A DNA stretch of 34,070 nt, taken from a virus. Lineage: Duplodnaviria > Caudoviricetes. The position numbers and the translations under genes were made by a program. Location: the IMG/VR virus record IMGVR_UViG_3300037506_000046, positions 1 to 34,070 of that record; one strand, 5' to 3'. Below the pieces are notes generated by a model. It saw only the letters and a list, made by a program, of their open reading frames with translations, was not told the DNA's origin and did no database searches. Positions 17,856 to 26,517 of this stretch are shown here, in pieces. Position 1 is the stretch's first letter, and the number at the start of each line of letters is the position of its first letter.

Positions 17856-19135
17856 TAGTTCCTGATTGTGATAAAATCATTAGATAATTTGAACTGAACA
17901 ATGAAGTCATAAATAAACTCTCTGTCATTTTTCTGTTTTTCCAACTTGCCATTCAGCATTACTATCGGGTAGAAATAATTAGTGATAGGCGCACCTGGGG
18001 GGGGTATATATTCAGAAAATACTTTTGGCGAATCAATCAATTCCTGCACCCAATTCATATCTGCCTCCTTATAACATTTATTCCTTGCTTCGTAAGTATC
18101 ATTGGCCTTCACTCCAAATCTTTCACTTCCACTGTCAGTAGGCAGTAATGGTGATTTAAGGGACTTCACATATTCGCTGGCCGATGCCTCATGTAATATT
18201 TTGGGCTTATCAAAATTTATTGCATCAAACGTTCCGAGATAATTGAGAAAGTGAATCCTTACCAGATCAGAATTACAACAACAACCTATTGTGTTTTCCC
18301 AACCCGCAACAATTACGTCATTAACATCTAAAACTTCTATATTGTATTTTTTAACATAGTTGAAGTCAACAGGAAATAGAGTAGACAAGTTCAGTAATCC
18401 ATTTGGAATATTATACAAACCTTTGACCTGTATATTTGGTAATTCACTAACATCATAGTTGTGTGTTAATGTAACAAAGTTCATACCATCATATGTATAT
18501 GTGATTCTTATCCCTTTTAGCCCATCATCACCCATGTATATTATCGGGTAATAATCATTATCAGAAAAACATAACAGATAGTCTTTAGGTCTATGTGTTA
18601 ATGGGTATGTGTGATTAGCCCACGTTAGCGATTTTAAGCTATTCAAATGAGTTGCCAGGTCCTGCGATTCAGTATGCTGTAATGTTGAATTGATTACATA
18701 GAATGTATTGCTTTGTGTTCCTGTGCCAGCAACAGGCGGATTGCCTCCTGTACCCTGAACAGGTGAAGTTCCTTCTGGTAAAATGAATCCGGCTGCATCA
18801 AAACCGCTGCTCCTGAATTTTACATATACCTGCCGAAAATTATTAGGTAGTAATTTAATTAACGATTCGCCATATAGCGGAATCGTATATGAAAGAACTT
18901 CCTGCAAAGCATCTGATATATCAAAAGTCCATTCGCTATCACCAACAGACACTGAACTGTATTGTGTTTTGCTAAGCGTTTTGTAGAATATACCTCCGAT
19001 GTAGATATCGCAATAAACAACAGGAGGCACAGGATTTCCGTCCGTCCTTGTTGCGACTGTCTTTAGCATAATTGGCCGATAAGCTGCCTTCAATGCATTT
19101 ACGGCCGGTTGTTGTGATATGGATACGATAGCCAT
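17855..19135 (-). CDS. Distal tail-like structural protein (426 aa)
   Basis: IHFLNYLGTFDAINF and WVQELIDSPKVF motifs; FDISDALQ in the N-terminal part; coupled to the hub-like gene. Confidence 0.6.
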   Translation of the reverse strand: MAIVSISQQPAVNALKAAYRPIMLKTVATRTDGNPVPPVVYCDIYIGGIFYKTLSKTQYSSVSVGDSEWTFDISDALQEVLSYTIPLYGESLIKLLPNNFRQVYVKFRSSGFDAAGFILPEGTSPVQGTGGNPPVAGTGTQSNTFYVINSTLQHTESQDLATHLNSLKSLTWANHTYPLTHRPKDYLLCFSDNDYYPIIYMGDDGLKGIRITYTYDGMNFVTLTHNYDVSELPNIQVKGLYNIPNGLLNLSTLFPVDFNYVKKYNIEVLDVNDVIVAGWENTIGCCCNSDLVRIHFLNYLGTFDAINFDKPKILHEASASEYVKSLKSPLLPTDSGSERFGVKANDTYEARNKCYKEADMNWVQELIDSPKVFSEYIPPPGAPITNYFYPIVMLNGKLEKQKNDREFIYDFIVQFKLSNDFITIRN

Positions 19136-19677
19136 TAGATCGTTTCGCTTTTTAGTTGGGAAAATCGTTTATCTACTTCATCAGCCACCTCATCAAGTAT
19201 TAAATCAGAAAACAATTCCTCGTTTTTATCAAAAGTCGTTTTGATGGCACCCAACACATCTCCGGTTTGGCTGAACTCCCGGGAGCCAGGAGATGGCTTT
19301 CCTTCCCGTTTCCAGGTGCGGACAATGGCCGCCGCTATTTGTGTAGCTTCGGCTTCGTTGGTTGCTAATCCTTTTACTTTTGTCCACTTACGGAGATTCT
19401 GGAATTCCGATTCTGACAGTTTAATTTTGGCGGCCGGCACTCCGAACTCCAATTCCTGTATATACATCAGGGCATAAGCCTGTAAAAGGTTCTCATTCTT
19501 TAATTCAGCATCGTAGCCTTTCATTGAATCTTCCAGTTCACCGGTAGCATAGTGACCCTGTAAACGAAGCTCTTTTTTAACTTCGTCCATAATCAGGACA
19601 TTGATATTTTTACCGTCAATCTTCAATTCAAAAATGGTTTTATTTTTTTCCACTCTTGTAGCACGAACTCCCTGCAC
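19135..19677 (-). CDS. Putative neck/tail-completion protein (HK97 gp10-like)
   Basis: LRLQGHYATGELEDSM...Y...LEFG...LRKWTKVKG...AAAIVRTWKREG pattern; start uncertain. Confidence 0.6.
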   Translation of the reverse strand: MQGVRATRVEKNKTIFELKIDGKNINVLIMDEVKKELRLQGHYATGELEDSMKGYDAELKNENLLQAYALMYIQELEFGVPAAKIKLSESEFQNLRKWTKVKGLATNEAEATQIAAAIVRTWKREGKPSPGSREFSQTGDVLGAIKTTFDKNEELFSDLILDEVADEVDKRFSQLKSETI

Positions 19678-19862
19678 TTGTGACAGCTCCAGTCGTCATG
19701 TTCGCCTGATACATCAACGAACTCTTCGTACACATCAAAGAGGTATTCCATCGGAGTATTTATCTCCATCACATTTACTGCCTTGTCAATAAATCCCTCT
19801 TCCAGTATTATCTTTTTAATATTGGCCGGTATTTTACCTGCTATTTGATGGTAGATATTCAT
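19623..19862 (-). CDS. Hypothetical protein with CxxC (79 aa)
   Basis: WSCHKCRE motif; start overlaps the upstream stop. Confidence 0.6.
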   Translation of the reverse strand: MNIYHQIAGKIPANIKKIILEEGFIDKAVNVMEINTPMEYLFDVYEEFVDVSGEHDDWSCHKCREFVLQEWKKIKPFLN

Positions 19863-20515
19863 CAGTGCTTATGCAATGGGTGAATGGATAGAGATGGAAT
19901 AGTAATATTATCAATTGCCTCTGTGCTGTAATCCTGCAGGTCGCAGGTATCTGCCAACAGGTAAGCCGAAAAGTATAAACCAACTCCGCTTACTTTATCG
20001 TTATTGAACTTAGTTAACCTGACTATATCGGCTTTCTCTGTATCAATGTTGAATACTGAACCAAGCGGGACCGGATTTCCATTGTAATCAACTGGCTTTT
20101 TCTGTACCTTTTTGAGGAGTTCAAGAAAATTAACAGCGCATTCCTTCATATCCTTCCAGTCGTACCAAACATGATGGCTACTTGTGTTGGTGGATGGGTC
20201 AAGGCTTTTTATCTTGTTTTGACCGGTGTAATTAGTGGTACAGATAAAATACAGGTAGAAATAGAACTCCTCCCATTTATTTCCATTGATAGAAATGATA
20301 CGGCTTTTGGGAGTTACACATACACATGCAGGGTACTTTTGACCGACATCAGCTAAGCCGCTGGCAGGGTCTTTTATGTACTGTTCAAGGTTATTGGTAT
20401 TGAGGTCATGGCCGTAATTAGCAGAAACATGATACCTGCCGCCAATCACGACCGACTGTTTCAATATCTCTTTGAACAATCCCTTATCCCGGTCATATAT
20501 AAACAATTCGTCCAT
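19862..20515 (-). CDS. Hypothetical protein, possible tail terminator (217 aa)
   Basis: KYPACV and TKFNNDKVSGVGLYF pattern; tail-completion context. Confidence 0.45.
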   Translation of the reverse strand: MDELFIYDRDKGLFKEILKQSVVIGGRYHVSANYGHDLNTNNLEQYIKDPASGLADVGQKYPACVCVTPKSRIISINGNKWEEFYFYLYFICTTNYTGQNKIKSLDPSTNTSSHHVWYDWKDMKECAVNFLELLKKVQKKPVDYNGNPVPLGSVFNIDTEKADIVRLTKFNNDKVSGVGLYFSAYLLADTCDLQDYSTEAIDNITIPSLSIHPLHKH

Positions 20516-20937
20516 TACGCTTCTGTTTGTAATCCTCCGATAATTGGTTTAAATCCTGTACCTTCCATAAGCTGCATCCGTTTGGCAACTGTTTCCCGGA
20601 TTGGCCTTGCCAGTCCTTCCCAATGATCTGCAATACGCTGGTTTAACTGAAGGATGTCATTCCACTTCTTAGCATTTACACCCATTTCCATCGGCGTTCT
20701 TGCCTCAATATTGTTGGCAAGCAGGGCAACTACATTCATGTTCAGGCCATGTGTTTCATGTTCAAACAGGCGGCTATAATGCTTCTGTGGAATATTAAGC
20801 GATAAAGCGGATGCAAAATCCAAAGCCCTCATTGCAATGGGGTACCATTCTCGTAAATCATTAGTCCATGAAACGGTTATCTTTTCAAGTTCTTTATTGA
20901 AATCGTTGGCAAACTGTACTTGTTGTTGTCTGGTCAT
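20515..20937 (-). CDS. Hypothetical protein (140 aa)
   Basis: Coupled to both neighbours. Confidence 0.7.
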   Translation of the reverse strand: MTRQQQVQFANDFNKELEKITVSWTNDLREWYPIAMRALDFASALSLNIPQKHYSRLFEHETHGLNMNVVALLANNIEARTPMEMGVNAKKWNDILQLNQRIADHWEGLARPIRETVAKRMQLMEGTGFKPIIGGLQTEA

Positions 20938-20938
20938 A

Positions 20939-21211
20939 TTATTGTGTTTTATATGCTTCGTTAAGAGCTACCTGATAATCCCGTTTTTCACTCGCATAAA
21001 TCAGTACCTTAAACGCCTTTGCTCTTTTGGCACATTCAATGCTGTCTAATCCTTCACCCGGAATATCAAATACTTTTGTTTCTGCAATGGAGGATAGAAA
21101 GTTTATCCATCCCCATTCTTCAAAGTGTGCTGTCAGTTCTGGCTTTCCGTCACCTCCTCCTCTTTTAAATACTGCGAAATGCTGTTCCAGGTACTCACAC
21201 AACTGCTCAAA
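20939..21211 (-). CDS. -1 frame extension of the tail assembly chaperone (gpGT-like)
   Basis: No ATG start; entered in the -1 frame from the U9 run at 21209-21217; EEWGWINFLSSIA...FKVLIY pattern. Confidence 0.7.
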   Translation of the reverse strand, partial: FEQLCEYLEQHFAVFKRGGGDGKPELTAHFEEWGWINFLSSIAETKVFDIPGEGLDSIECAKRAKAFKVLIYASEKRDYQVALNEAYKTQ

Positions 21212-21837
21212 AAAAAAGCTACCTGAATGGCATAATGCATGGGTAGGGACTGCATAAGTTTTATTCGCTCACTTCTTCCGTCCTGAATGAATTCATCATT
21301 AAATAACTCTTCTTTTTTTCTAAGGAATATTGCACATAGATAGGGTAGTGCATCCCATTTCTTTTTACCAAGGGCATGAACCTGTCGAATGACTTCCTTT
21401 GAAGTAATGATTTCGTTAAATGTCATACCACTGGAAGGTGTCACTGCATAGTCCTGAATCTCCCACTGACTACCTTCCCATTCAATAATTGAAGGGTAGG
21501 TGTTTGAAACGTCCTCACTCTGTTTTAATTGCTGCCTGAATTTTCTGTACTCACATAAAACTGGAAGTATGTCCGGCTTTCCCTTAATATCTTCAAATGA
21601 GAACCCAGTCCAGAAGCTCACCCACGCTACACACTCTTCGTCAATATGAGTATTGATATCAAGTTCCTGATTCAATTCCTTATCATCTTCGCTTTCATAC
21701 ACCTTACTAATCAGTTCATCCAACTTGCCATCAAGCTCACGGCCGTACCTGTCATAATACTCAATGAACTGGCCGAGTGTTATCTCTGCCAGTTCAAAGG
21801 GGATTTTCTTTTCAATATCATTTATGAGCAGAATCAT
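21133..21837 (-). CDS. Putative tail assembly chaperone (gpG-like, 234 aa)
   Basis: EITLGQFIEY, MTFNEII, LPYLCAIFLR and LPM...QVAFF followed by a slippery site. Confidence 0.65.
   Translation of the reverse strand: MILLINDIEKKIPFELAEITLGQFIEYYDRYGRELDGKLDELISKVYESEDDKELNQELDINTHIDEECVAWVSFWTGFSFEDIKGKPDILPVLCEYRKFRQQLKQSEDVSNTYPSIIEWEGSQWEIQDYAVTPSSGMTFNEIITSKEVIRQVHALGKKKWDALPYLCAIFLRKKEELFNDEFIQDGRSERIKLMQSLPMHYAIQVAFFLSSCVSTWNSISQYLKEEEVTESQN
21209..21217 (-). promoter_or_regulatory. Programmed -1 frameshift or slippage site (U9)
   Basis: GCT TTT TTT TTG AGC; the -1 frame continues TTT GAG CAG TTG TGT... for 90 codons. Confidence 0.75.
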
Positions 21838-22496
21838 TGACCGAGTTTTTCATTTATCTCCTTTATTCTTGCATCAATTGCAGGCTTATCTTCAGGAGCA
21901 ACTGTTTTAAGTTTTTCCGTCAACTCTTCCAATTCAAACTCCAACTCAAACTTTTGTTCTTCTGTCAATGGGTTGGCACCTGCTTCCAATTCAGCTTTCT
22001 TCCTGATTGCTTCCTTTACCTGGTTTACAAAATCTGCATCAATTTTTGACGGGTGAGTTTCTGTGACCGGTAGTCCGGCTCTTTTCGCCACTCCACGGAT
22101 TTCAATTTCTGCATAGGTGTCAAGAATGGCATCTGTTTCAATATTCGCAAACTCAGGATAGAGCTGGTCAACTTTTAATTTTAGTTCCTTTGCGGCCACT
22201 TCATCAGGTGTATCAATTTTTACAGGAGTAGCTGCCGGTTCCTGTTTAGCCGACTTGCTTACATCCTTGCCGAACATTTTAGTAATCGGTTCTGCCTTTG
22301 ACTTTTTATTTTCCTGAACACCTGGCAAGCCAGCTCTTGTTGATAGGAAATTGATTTGCTGATTCAGGTTTTCAACAACCCTGATTTTTAATTGAATTGT
22401 ACGGGGGTCGGTTAGCGTTTGCTCCACCGCTTCCTTAGTGGAAGTAAGCAATTCAACAGTAACAGCTACTTCAGATGTGAACTTATCTTGTGACAT
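21834..22496 (-). CDS. Hypothetical charged helical protein (220 aa)
   Basis: First gene after an AT-rich promoter gap; Glu/Lys-rich. Confidence 0.75.
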   Translation of the reverse strand: MSQDKFTSEVAVTVELLTSTKEAVEQTLTDPRTIQLKIRVVENLNQQINFLSTRAGLPGVQENKKSKAEPITKMFGKDVSKSAKQEPAATPVKIDTPDEVAAKELKLKVDQLYPEFANIETDAILDTYAEIEIRGVAKRAGLPVTETHPSKIDADFVNQVKEAIRKKAELEAGANPLTEEQKFELEFELEELTEKLKTVAPEDKPAIDARIKEINEKLGQ

Positions 22497-22528
22497 AGTT
22501 TAGAGTTTTAGGTGAATAATTGCAGTAT

Positions 22529-22536
22529 CAAAAATA
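22529..22536 (-). promoter_or_regulatory. Bacteroidota -7 promoter box upstream of the morphogenesis genes
   Basis: TATTTTTG matches TAnnTTTG in an 81-nt AT-rich gap; no clear -33 TTTG. Confidence 0.55.
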
Positions 22537-22577
22537 GTTTTTTTAATTGAATTTTATTTATTATCGCTAATTTATGG

Positions 22578-24155
22578 TTAAATGGAATCCAAAATGGAAC
22601 TGGTCGGCTTTCCTTTAACCAGGTTGCCAGACCTGAACTCAAAGTATTCCCTCATCATCATGCCATCACCGAAGTCGGGCGAACGGCCTTTGAGGATGGC
22701 TTTTTGTTCGTCTTTACTGTTGATCTGCCTCTTACCTTCATCATCCTTCTCCTTTTTCTTTATCGCCCGTAAGTCCTGTTTAATCAGGTCCCTCACATCA
22801 ACTACTTTATCATTGAGTTTCATCTTGACGGAATAAACACCATCAACCACTACATTGTCATTTGACAATGGCAGACTTACTTCGTCATTGTTAACCCTTT
22901 CTGCAAATCGGTAATAGCATTGCGTTTTAAGATTCTTATAATTCTCCTTCTGTTTGATGGACGGGTCAACCATTGGAGTGTTGCCGCCGGAAAATCCAAC
23001 ATAATTTCCCAGCCTTACCACACCACCGCCCACTCCATCCTGATCAACCAATACCTTCCCCTTAATGATTGAATGTCGTTCCCGTTCTTTTTCAATGGCA
23101 TTCACAATCTCTTGTGCATCGGACTTACTAATCACTACCAGCTTTACAACCTTCCATCCATACCAGACAAATATTGTTGTCAGGTCATTACCGAATCTGG
23201 CGGCATCGCAAGTAATATATCTGTTGGCAGTATTAGAAGGGTATAAGTTGCTAAACAAACCTTCTATGCTGGCATATTGAAAAATACACAGTTCATCAAT
23301 TCTCATCTTCCAGTTACCATCCAATAGTCTTGATTTCTCATCTTCATCCTGTGACATCAGGTTGGCCAGGTACTCAGGATTCTTTGACATCAATTCTTTA
23401 TTGCCATAAATACTACCCGGAATGAAGGTTATTGATTTTATAAGGTCATTATGATCAATGTTTACAAATGCCGGGTTACTGAATATGTGAGGGGCTTTGT
23501 CAATAACTTCCTGTTTGGTATCGCCCCAAATAAAGTTATCCTTATCAATTACGAAGTACCGTAACACACCGGCCCTTTCAGGTATTGGATAGCCGTATTG
23601 TGGGTTAGGTTCACCATTCGGTAATTTCGGATTGTTATCAATCCACCACTCAATCATGTCGGCTACAAAGCTGTCAGGATCCGGATTACAGGTTGCCCGG
23701 ATATACGGCTTCACACCGCAAGTAGATCGATTACGGGAAAGTAGGTAAAAGAATTGTTTCTTAGTGAAATGGGTTAACTCATCAAATATGATAAGGCAAT
23801 ACTGCGCTCCCTGATGGTCGTAGATGTTTTTTTCATGCTCCAGATGGGCAAACTTTACACTGGCACCTGATGGAAAGCTCCACTCCAGATGTTGTGAGTT
23901 TGATGATGCCTGAAAATGCGGGTAAAGCTCTGATGATTCATCCCACAAGCCGCCAGGATTACGAATCTGCACAGTCGTACGGCGAAAGAATATTGCATTG
24001 AATCCGGAAACATCTTTGTGTCTGAGTGGCTCTAATAACTCGGCAAAGGTTTTACCTGCACCCGCTGCACCACCACCGATAACGATATCGGCTTTGGATG
24101 ACAGGAACTGGACCTGAAACCCATCTTGCGGCTTAATTACTTTTTGATTCTCCAT
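22578..24155 (-). CDS. terL: Terminase large subunit (525 aa)
   Basis: PQDGFQ, Walker A GGAAGAGKT, Walker B IIFDELTHF, ATCNP coupling motif, nuclease DAARFGND...SPDFGD. Confidence 0.95.
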   Translation of the reverse strand: MENQKVIKPQDGFQVQFLSSKADIVIGGGAAGAGKTFAELLEPLRHKDVSGFNAIFFRRTTVQIRNPGGLWDESSELYPHFQASSNSQHLEWSFPSGASVKFAHLEHEKNIYDHQGAQYCLIIFDELTHFTKKQFFYLLSRNRSTCGVKPYIRATCNPDPDSFVADMIEWWIDNNPKLPNGEPNPQYGYPIPERAGVLRYFVIDKDNFIWGDTKQEVIDKAPHIFSNPAFVNIDHNDLIKSITFIPGSIYGNKELMSKNPEYLANLMSQDEDEKSRLLDGNWKMRIDELCIFQYASIEGLFSNLYPSNTANRYITCDAARFGNDLTTIFVWYGWKVVKLVVISKSDAQEIVNAIEKERERHSIIKGKVLVDQDGVGGGVVRLGNYVGFSGGNTPMVDPSIKQKENYKNLKTQCYYRFAERVNNDEVSLPLSNDNVVVDGVYSVKMKLNDKVVDVRDLIKQDLRAIKKKEKDDEGKRQINSKDEQKAILKGRSPDFGDGMMMREYFEFRSGNLVKGKPTSSILDSI

Positions 24156-24585
24156 GATTCAATTCCCTTCCGTTAGTTGGTAAGACAAGAAGGACGGAAG
24201 AGTTCTCTGTCTGAATTGGTCTGCCATCTTTGCCGGTCAATTCCACTTTAGTCGCTGGCCGTAGTCCTTCAAGGTTTATCAACTCCTTTTCTACCGACAA
24301 TACTGAACGAATACCTGCAGGAGTGCCAATGAACTTTTTATCCAGCGACCTGGCAAGTTTTTGCAGCTTTGCAATCTTGCGTTTCCTTTTTTGTTTGACC
24401 AACTCATCCTCATCTTCATTCCATCTGCTTCTTGCTTCAGCGATGTAACGCTTTGCCTGACGTTCCTCAATACCCCATTTGTTATTTATTTGGGCAATGA
24501 TGTCAGCAGATGACCAATCATCAATTAGCCACTCCTGAACGATACGAATTCGCTTATCCCACTCTATGTTATCAATGTTAGGCAT
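24133..24585 (-). CDS. terS: Terminase small subunit (150 aa)
   Basis: N-terminal HTH, C-terminal KVELTGKDGRPIQ; overlaps the terL start. Confidence 0.8.
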   Translation of the reverse strand: MPNIDNIEWDKRIRIVQEWLIDDWSSADIIAQINNKWGIEERQAKRYIAEARSRWNEDEDELVKQKRKRKIAKLQKLARSLDKKFIGTPAGIRSVLSVEKELINLEGLRPATKVELTGKDGRPIQTENSSVLLVLPTNGRELNHGESKSN

Positions 24586-24829
24586 CCGGGAAAAGTATTT
24601 TTACAATCTCAATCAGGTCTTTTTGTTCCTGCATAACAGCCCTTATCTTGCCTGCTTCAATCTCCCTCATCTTCTTTACCTCATCCGGCAGGTTATCCAT
24701 CGGGGATGATTCAAGGGTGTTGAGGGCTTCAACCCTGTTATTTAACCTTTTCTGAATCATGTCGTTTAAGTGTTTTGCAGTGTCTGCCATAATCTTCAGT
24801 TTTTCGTTAGTTGGTAATTGATTGCTCAT
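24578..24829 (-). CDS. Hypothetical helical protein (83 aa)
   Basis: Overlaps both neighbours. Confidence 0.65.
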   Translation of the reverse strand: MSNQLPTNEKLKIMADTAKHLNDMIQKRLNNRVEALNTLESSPMDNLPDEVKKMREIEAGKIRAVMQEQKDLIEIVKILFPDA

Positions 24830-26273
24830 TTGTGAATTGATTGATGGTTAAGTTGCCGTTTAAATGTGCAAAATTAACCTCAATGCCTTTCTTTTCACAA
24901 AAGGACAGGTATCGCTTAATGATTGACTGGATATACTGTGGCTCAATATCGCTGCCGTAACAATACCTGCCGGTTTGCTCACAGGCAATCAGGCAGGTGC
25001 CTGAACCAAGAAACCAGTCAATCACAATATCTTTTTCGTTAGTGGTGTCAAGAATAGCATCAGCTATCATCCGTACCGGTTTAGGGGTAGGATGGTTTTT
25101 GAGTTCGTACCTGTCAGGATTTGCAATGCTGGTAGCGGAAGGGTAGTCCCAAACATTTGTACGAATCCTGTCTGCAAGGTCAAGGTGGGATAGGTGTTTA
25201 ACATCGTCATCTCCGGCCTTAAAGATGAATACCAGCTCGTTTTCGTCTTTGTAGAACCCACCATGATCTAACAGGTCTTTGTTCCAAAGTGCCTTAGATT
25301 GCGGTGTGCTGAACGCAAAACAAAGCTCATGCTTTGCCCGATAGAATGAACCATTAGCCATCATATCCTTATTCCAGACACAAAGCTGCTTTGGCACAAC
25401 TGAACCGTATACCCGGCGGCCGGCCTCTGTCATGTGCCAAACGTGCCGCCAATCCATGAAGATATAATGAATAGCCCCCTGAACGGTGTGTAGTAATCCT
25501 GCCCTCATTATTGATTCAAGGAATAGTACAAACTCCTCATCTGTCATTTCCCCGGCACCCATTGCAAAGTTCTTGTGCCGTTTTTCATCCTTATTTGTAA
25601 AGAAATTGGCGGGTAAGTTGTACGGTGGATCACAGATTAGGATTCTTGCCTTACGGCCATCCATAAGGGAGGACTGGACTGATGGTTCAAGGAATGAACC
25701 GCAAATAATTCTATGCCCGTTTATCTCAAATATATCTCCAACCATTACCAGCAAATCGCCACCGGCATCAAACTCTGGCTCTTCCGCTTCACAAACCTGG
25801 AACAAATCAAATTTCTGCTCAAACCGGTCTGTTGAAAAATCTGGAATATCCACCTGCTGCTTTATGTCGCCGTAATCCAGTTCATACTGTTGAATGAAGT
25901 CAAACAGTCCCTGTTGTGTGATTTGGGCATATCTGGATGAGTAGATAAGGACCAGTTCGGCTGCTTCCTTTTCATCCCTGCAATCAATAAAAGTAGCTGG
26001 GAGTAATTCAGGAATATCAATACCCAATTCAATGGCCTTATGTAAGTCTTTCCATCTGTGTTTCCCGTCCAGGCAAAACAGCTTTCCGTCTTTCTCCCAA
26101 ACTTTGAAGGGGTCAATGAATTGGTATTTGAGCAGGGAACGAAAGAGCTTCTCATCTCCACTTTCAACCCATTCTTTGAATGTGTCCTGTTGGATAAAGT
26201 GAAGCTCTTTCCAGTTAATAGGTTCGGTCTTAATTATCCGGGAGGTAAGTTGTTGAGATTCGGATACCTGCAT
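24807..26273 (-). CDS. ParB-like domain fused to an N6-A/N4-C DNA methyltransferase (beta class)
   Basis: LDGKHRW (ParB/Srx), DPPY, HPTPKP and DWFLGSGT motifs; start at ATG 26273. Confidence 0.9.
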   Translation of the reverse strand: MQVSESQQLTSRIIKTEPINWKELHFIQQDTFKEWVESGDEKLFRSLLKYQFIDPFKVWEKDGKLFCLDGKHRWKDLHKAIELGIDIPELLPATFIDCRDEKEAAELVLIYSSRYAQITQQGLFDFIQQYELDYGDIKQQVDIPDFSTDRFEQKFDLFQVCEAEEPEFDAGGDLLVMVGDIFEINGHRIICGSFLEPSVQSSLMDGRKARILICDPPYNLPANFFTNKDEKRHKNFAMGAGEMTDEEFVLFLESIMRAGLLHTVQGAIHYIFMDWRHVWHMTEAGRRVYGSVVPKQLCVWNKDMMANGSFYRAKHELCFAFSTPQSKALWNKDLLDHGGFYKDENELVFIFKAGDDDVKHLSHLDLADRIRTNVWDYPSATSIANPDRYELKNHPTPKPVRMIADAILDTTNEKDIVIDWFLGSGTCLIACEQTGRYCYGSDIEPQYIQSIIKRYLSFCEKKGIEVNFAHLNGNLTINQFTNEQSITN

Positions 26274-26300
26274 AAAATTGAGTGTCTTGTTATGACATCT

Positions 26301-26308
26301 CAAAATTA
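26301..26308 (-). promoter_or_regulatory. Bacteroidota -7 promoter box upstream of the methyltransferase-terminase operon
   Basis: TAATTTTG matches TAnnTTTG, 27 nt upstream of the ATG; no clear -33 TTTG. Confidence 0.55.
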
Positions 26309-26334
26309 GCGTATTTAACTGATATTTAGTTATT

Positions 26335-26445
26335 TTAGATGTTGCTGATTAGCATCAGCAGTACACCAATCAGTCCAGTACCAACTCCCAGAACTATCCA
26401 GATTATGATGAGCTTTACAAGGTCTCTGAAAAATTGTTTTACCAT
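26335..26445 (-). CDS. Small single-TM peptide, 36 aa (below the ORF track cutoff)
   Basis: Hand translation MVKQFFRDLVKLIIIWIVLGVGTGLIGVLLMLISNI*; fills an otherwise empty gap. Confidence 0.55.
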   Translation of the reverse strand: MVKQFFRDLVKLIIIWIVLGVGTGLIGVLLMLISNI

Positions 26446-26459
26446 GAATTGAAGATATT

Positions 26460-26484
26460 TAAAAACCCACCCTTTCAGGTGGGT
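26460..26484 (-). terminator. Intrinsic terminator after hicB
   Basis: Minus strand ACCCACC-TGAAAG-GGTGGGT-TTTT. Confidence 0.8.
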
Positions 26485-26517
26485 CTGGCATAGAAAGTTT
26501 TTAACGTCAATCAAAAA

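Noticed and set aside
7950-22496. Contractile tail, tailocin or gene transfer agent
   Set aside because: No sheath or baseplate wedge genes are recognisable, and full replication and packaging modules plus an att-like site indicate an ordinary temperate siphovirus.
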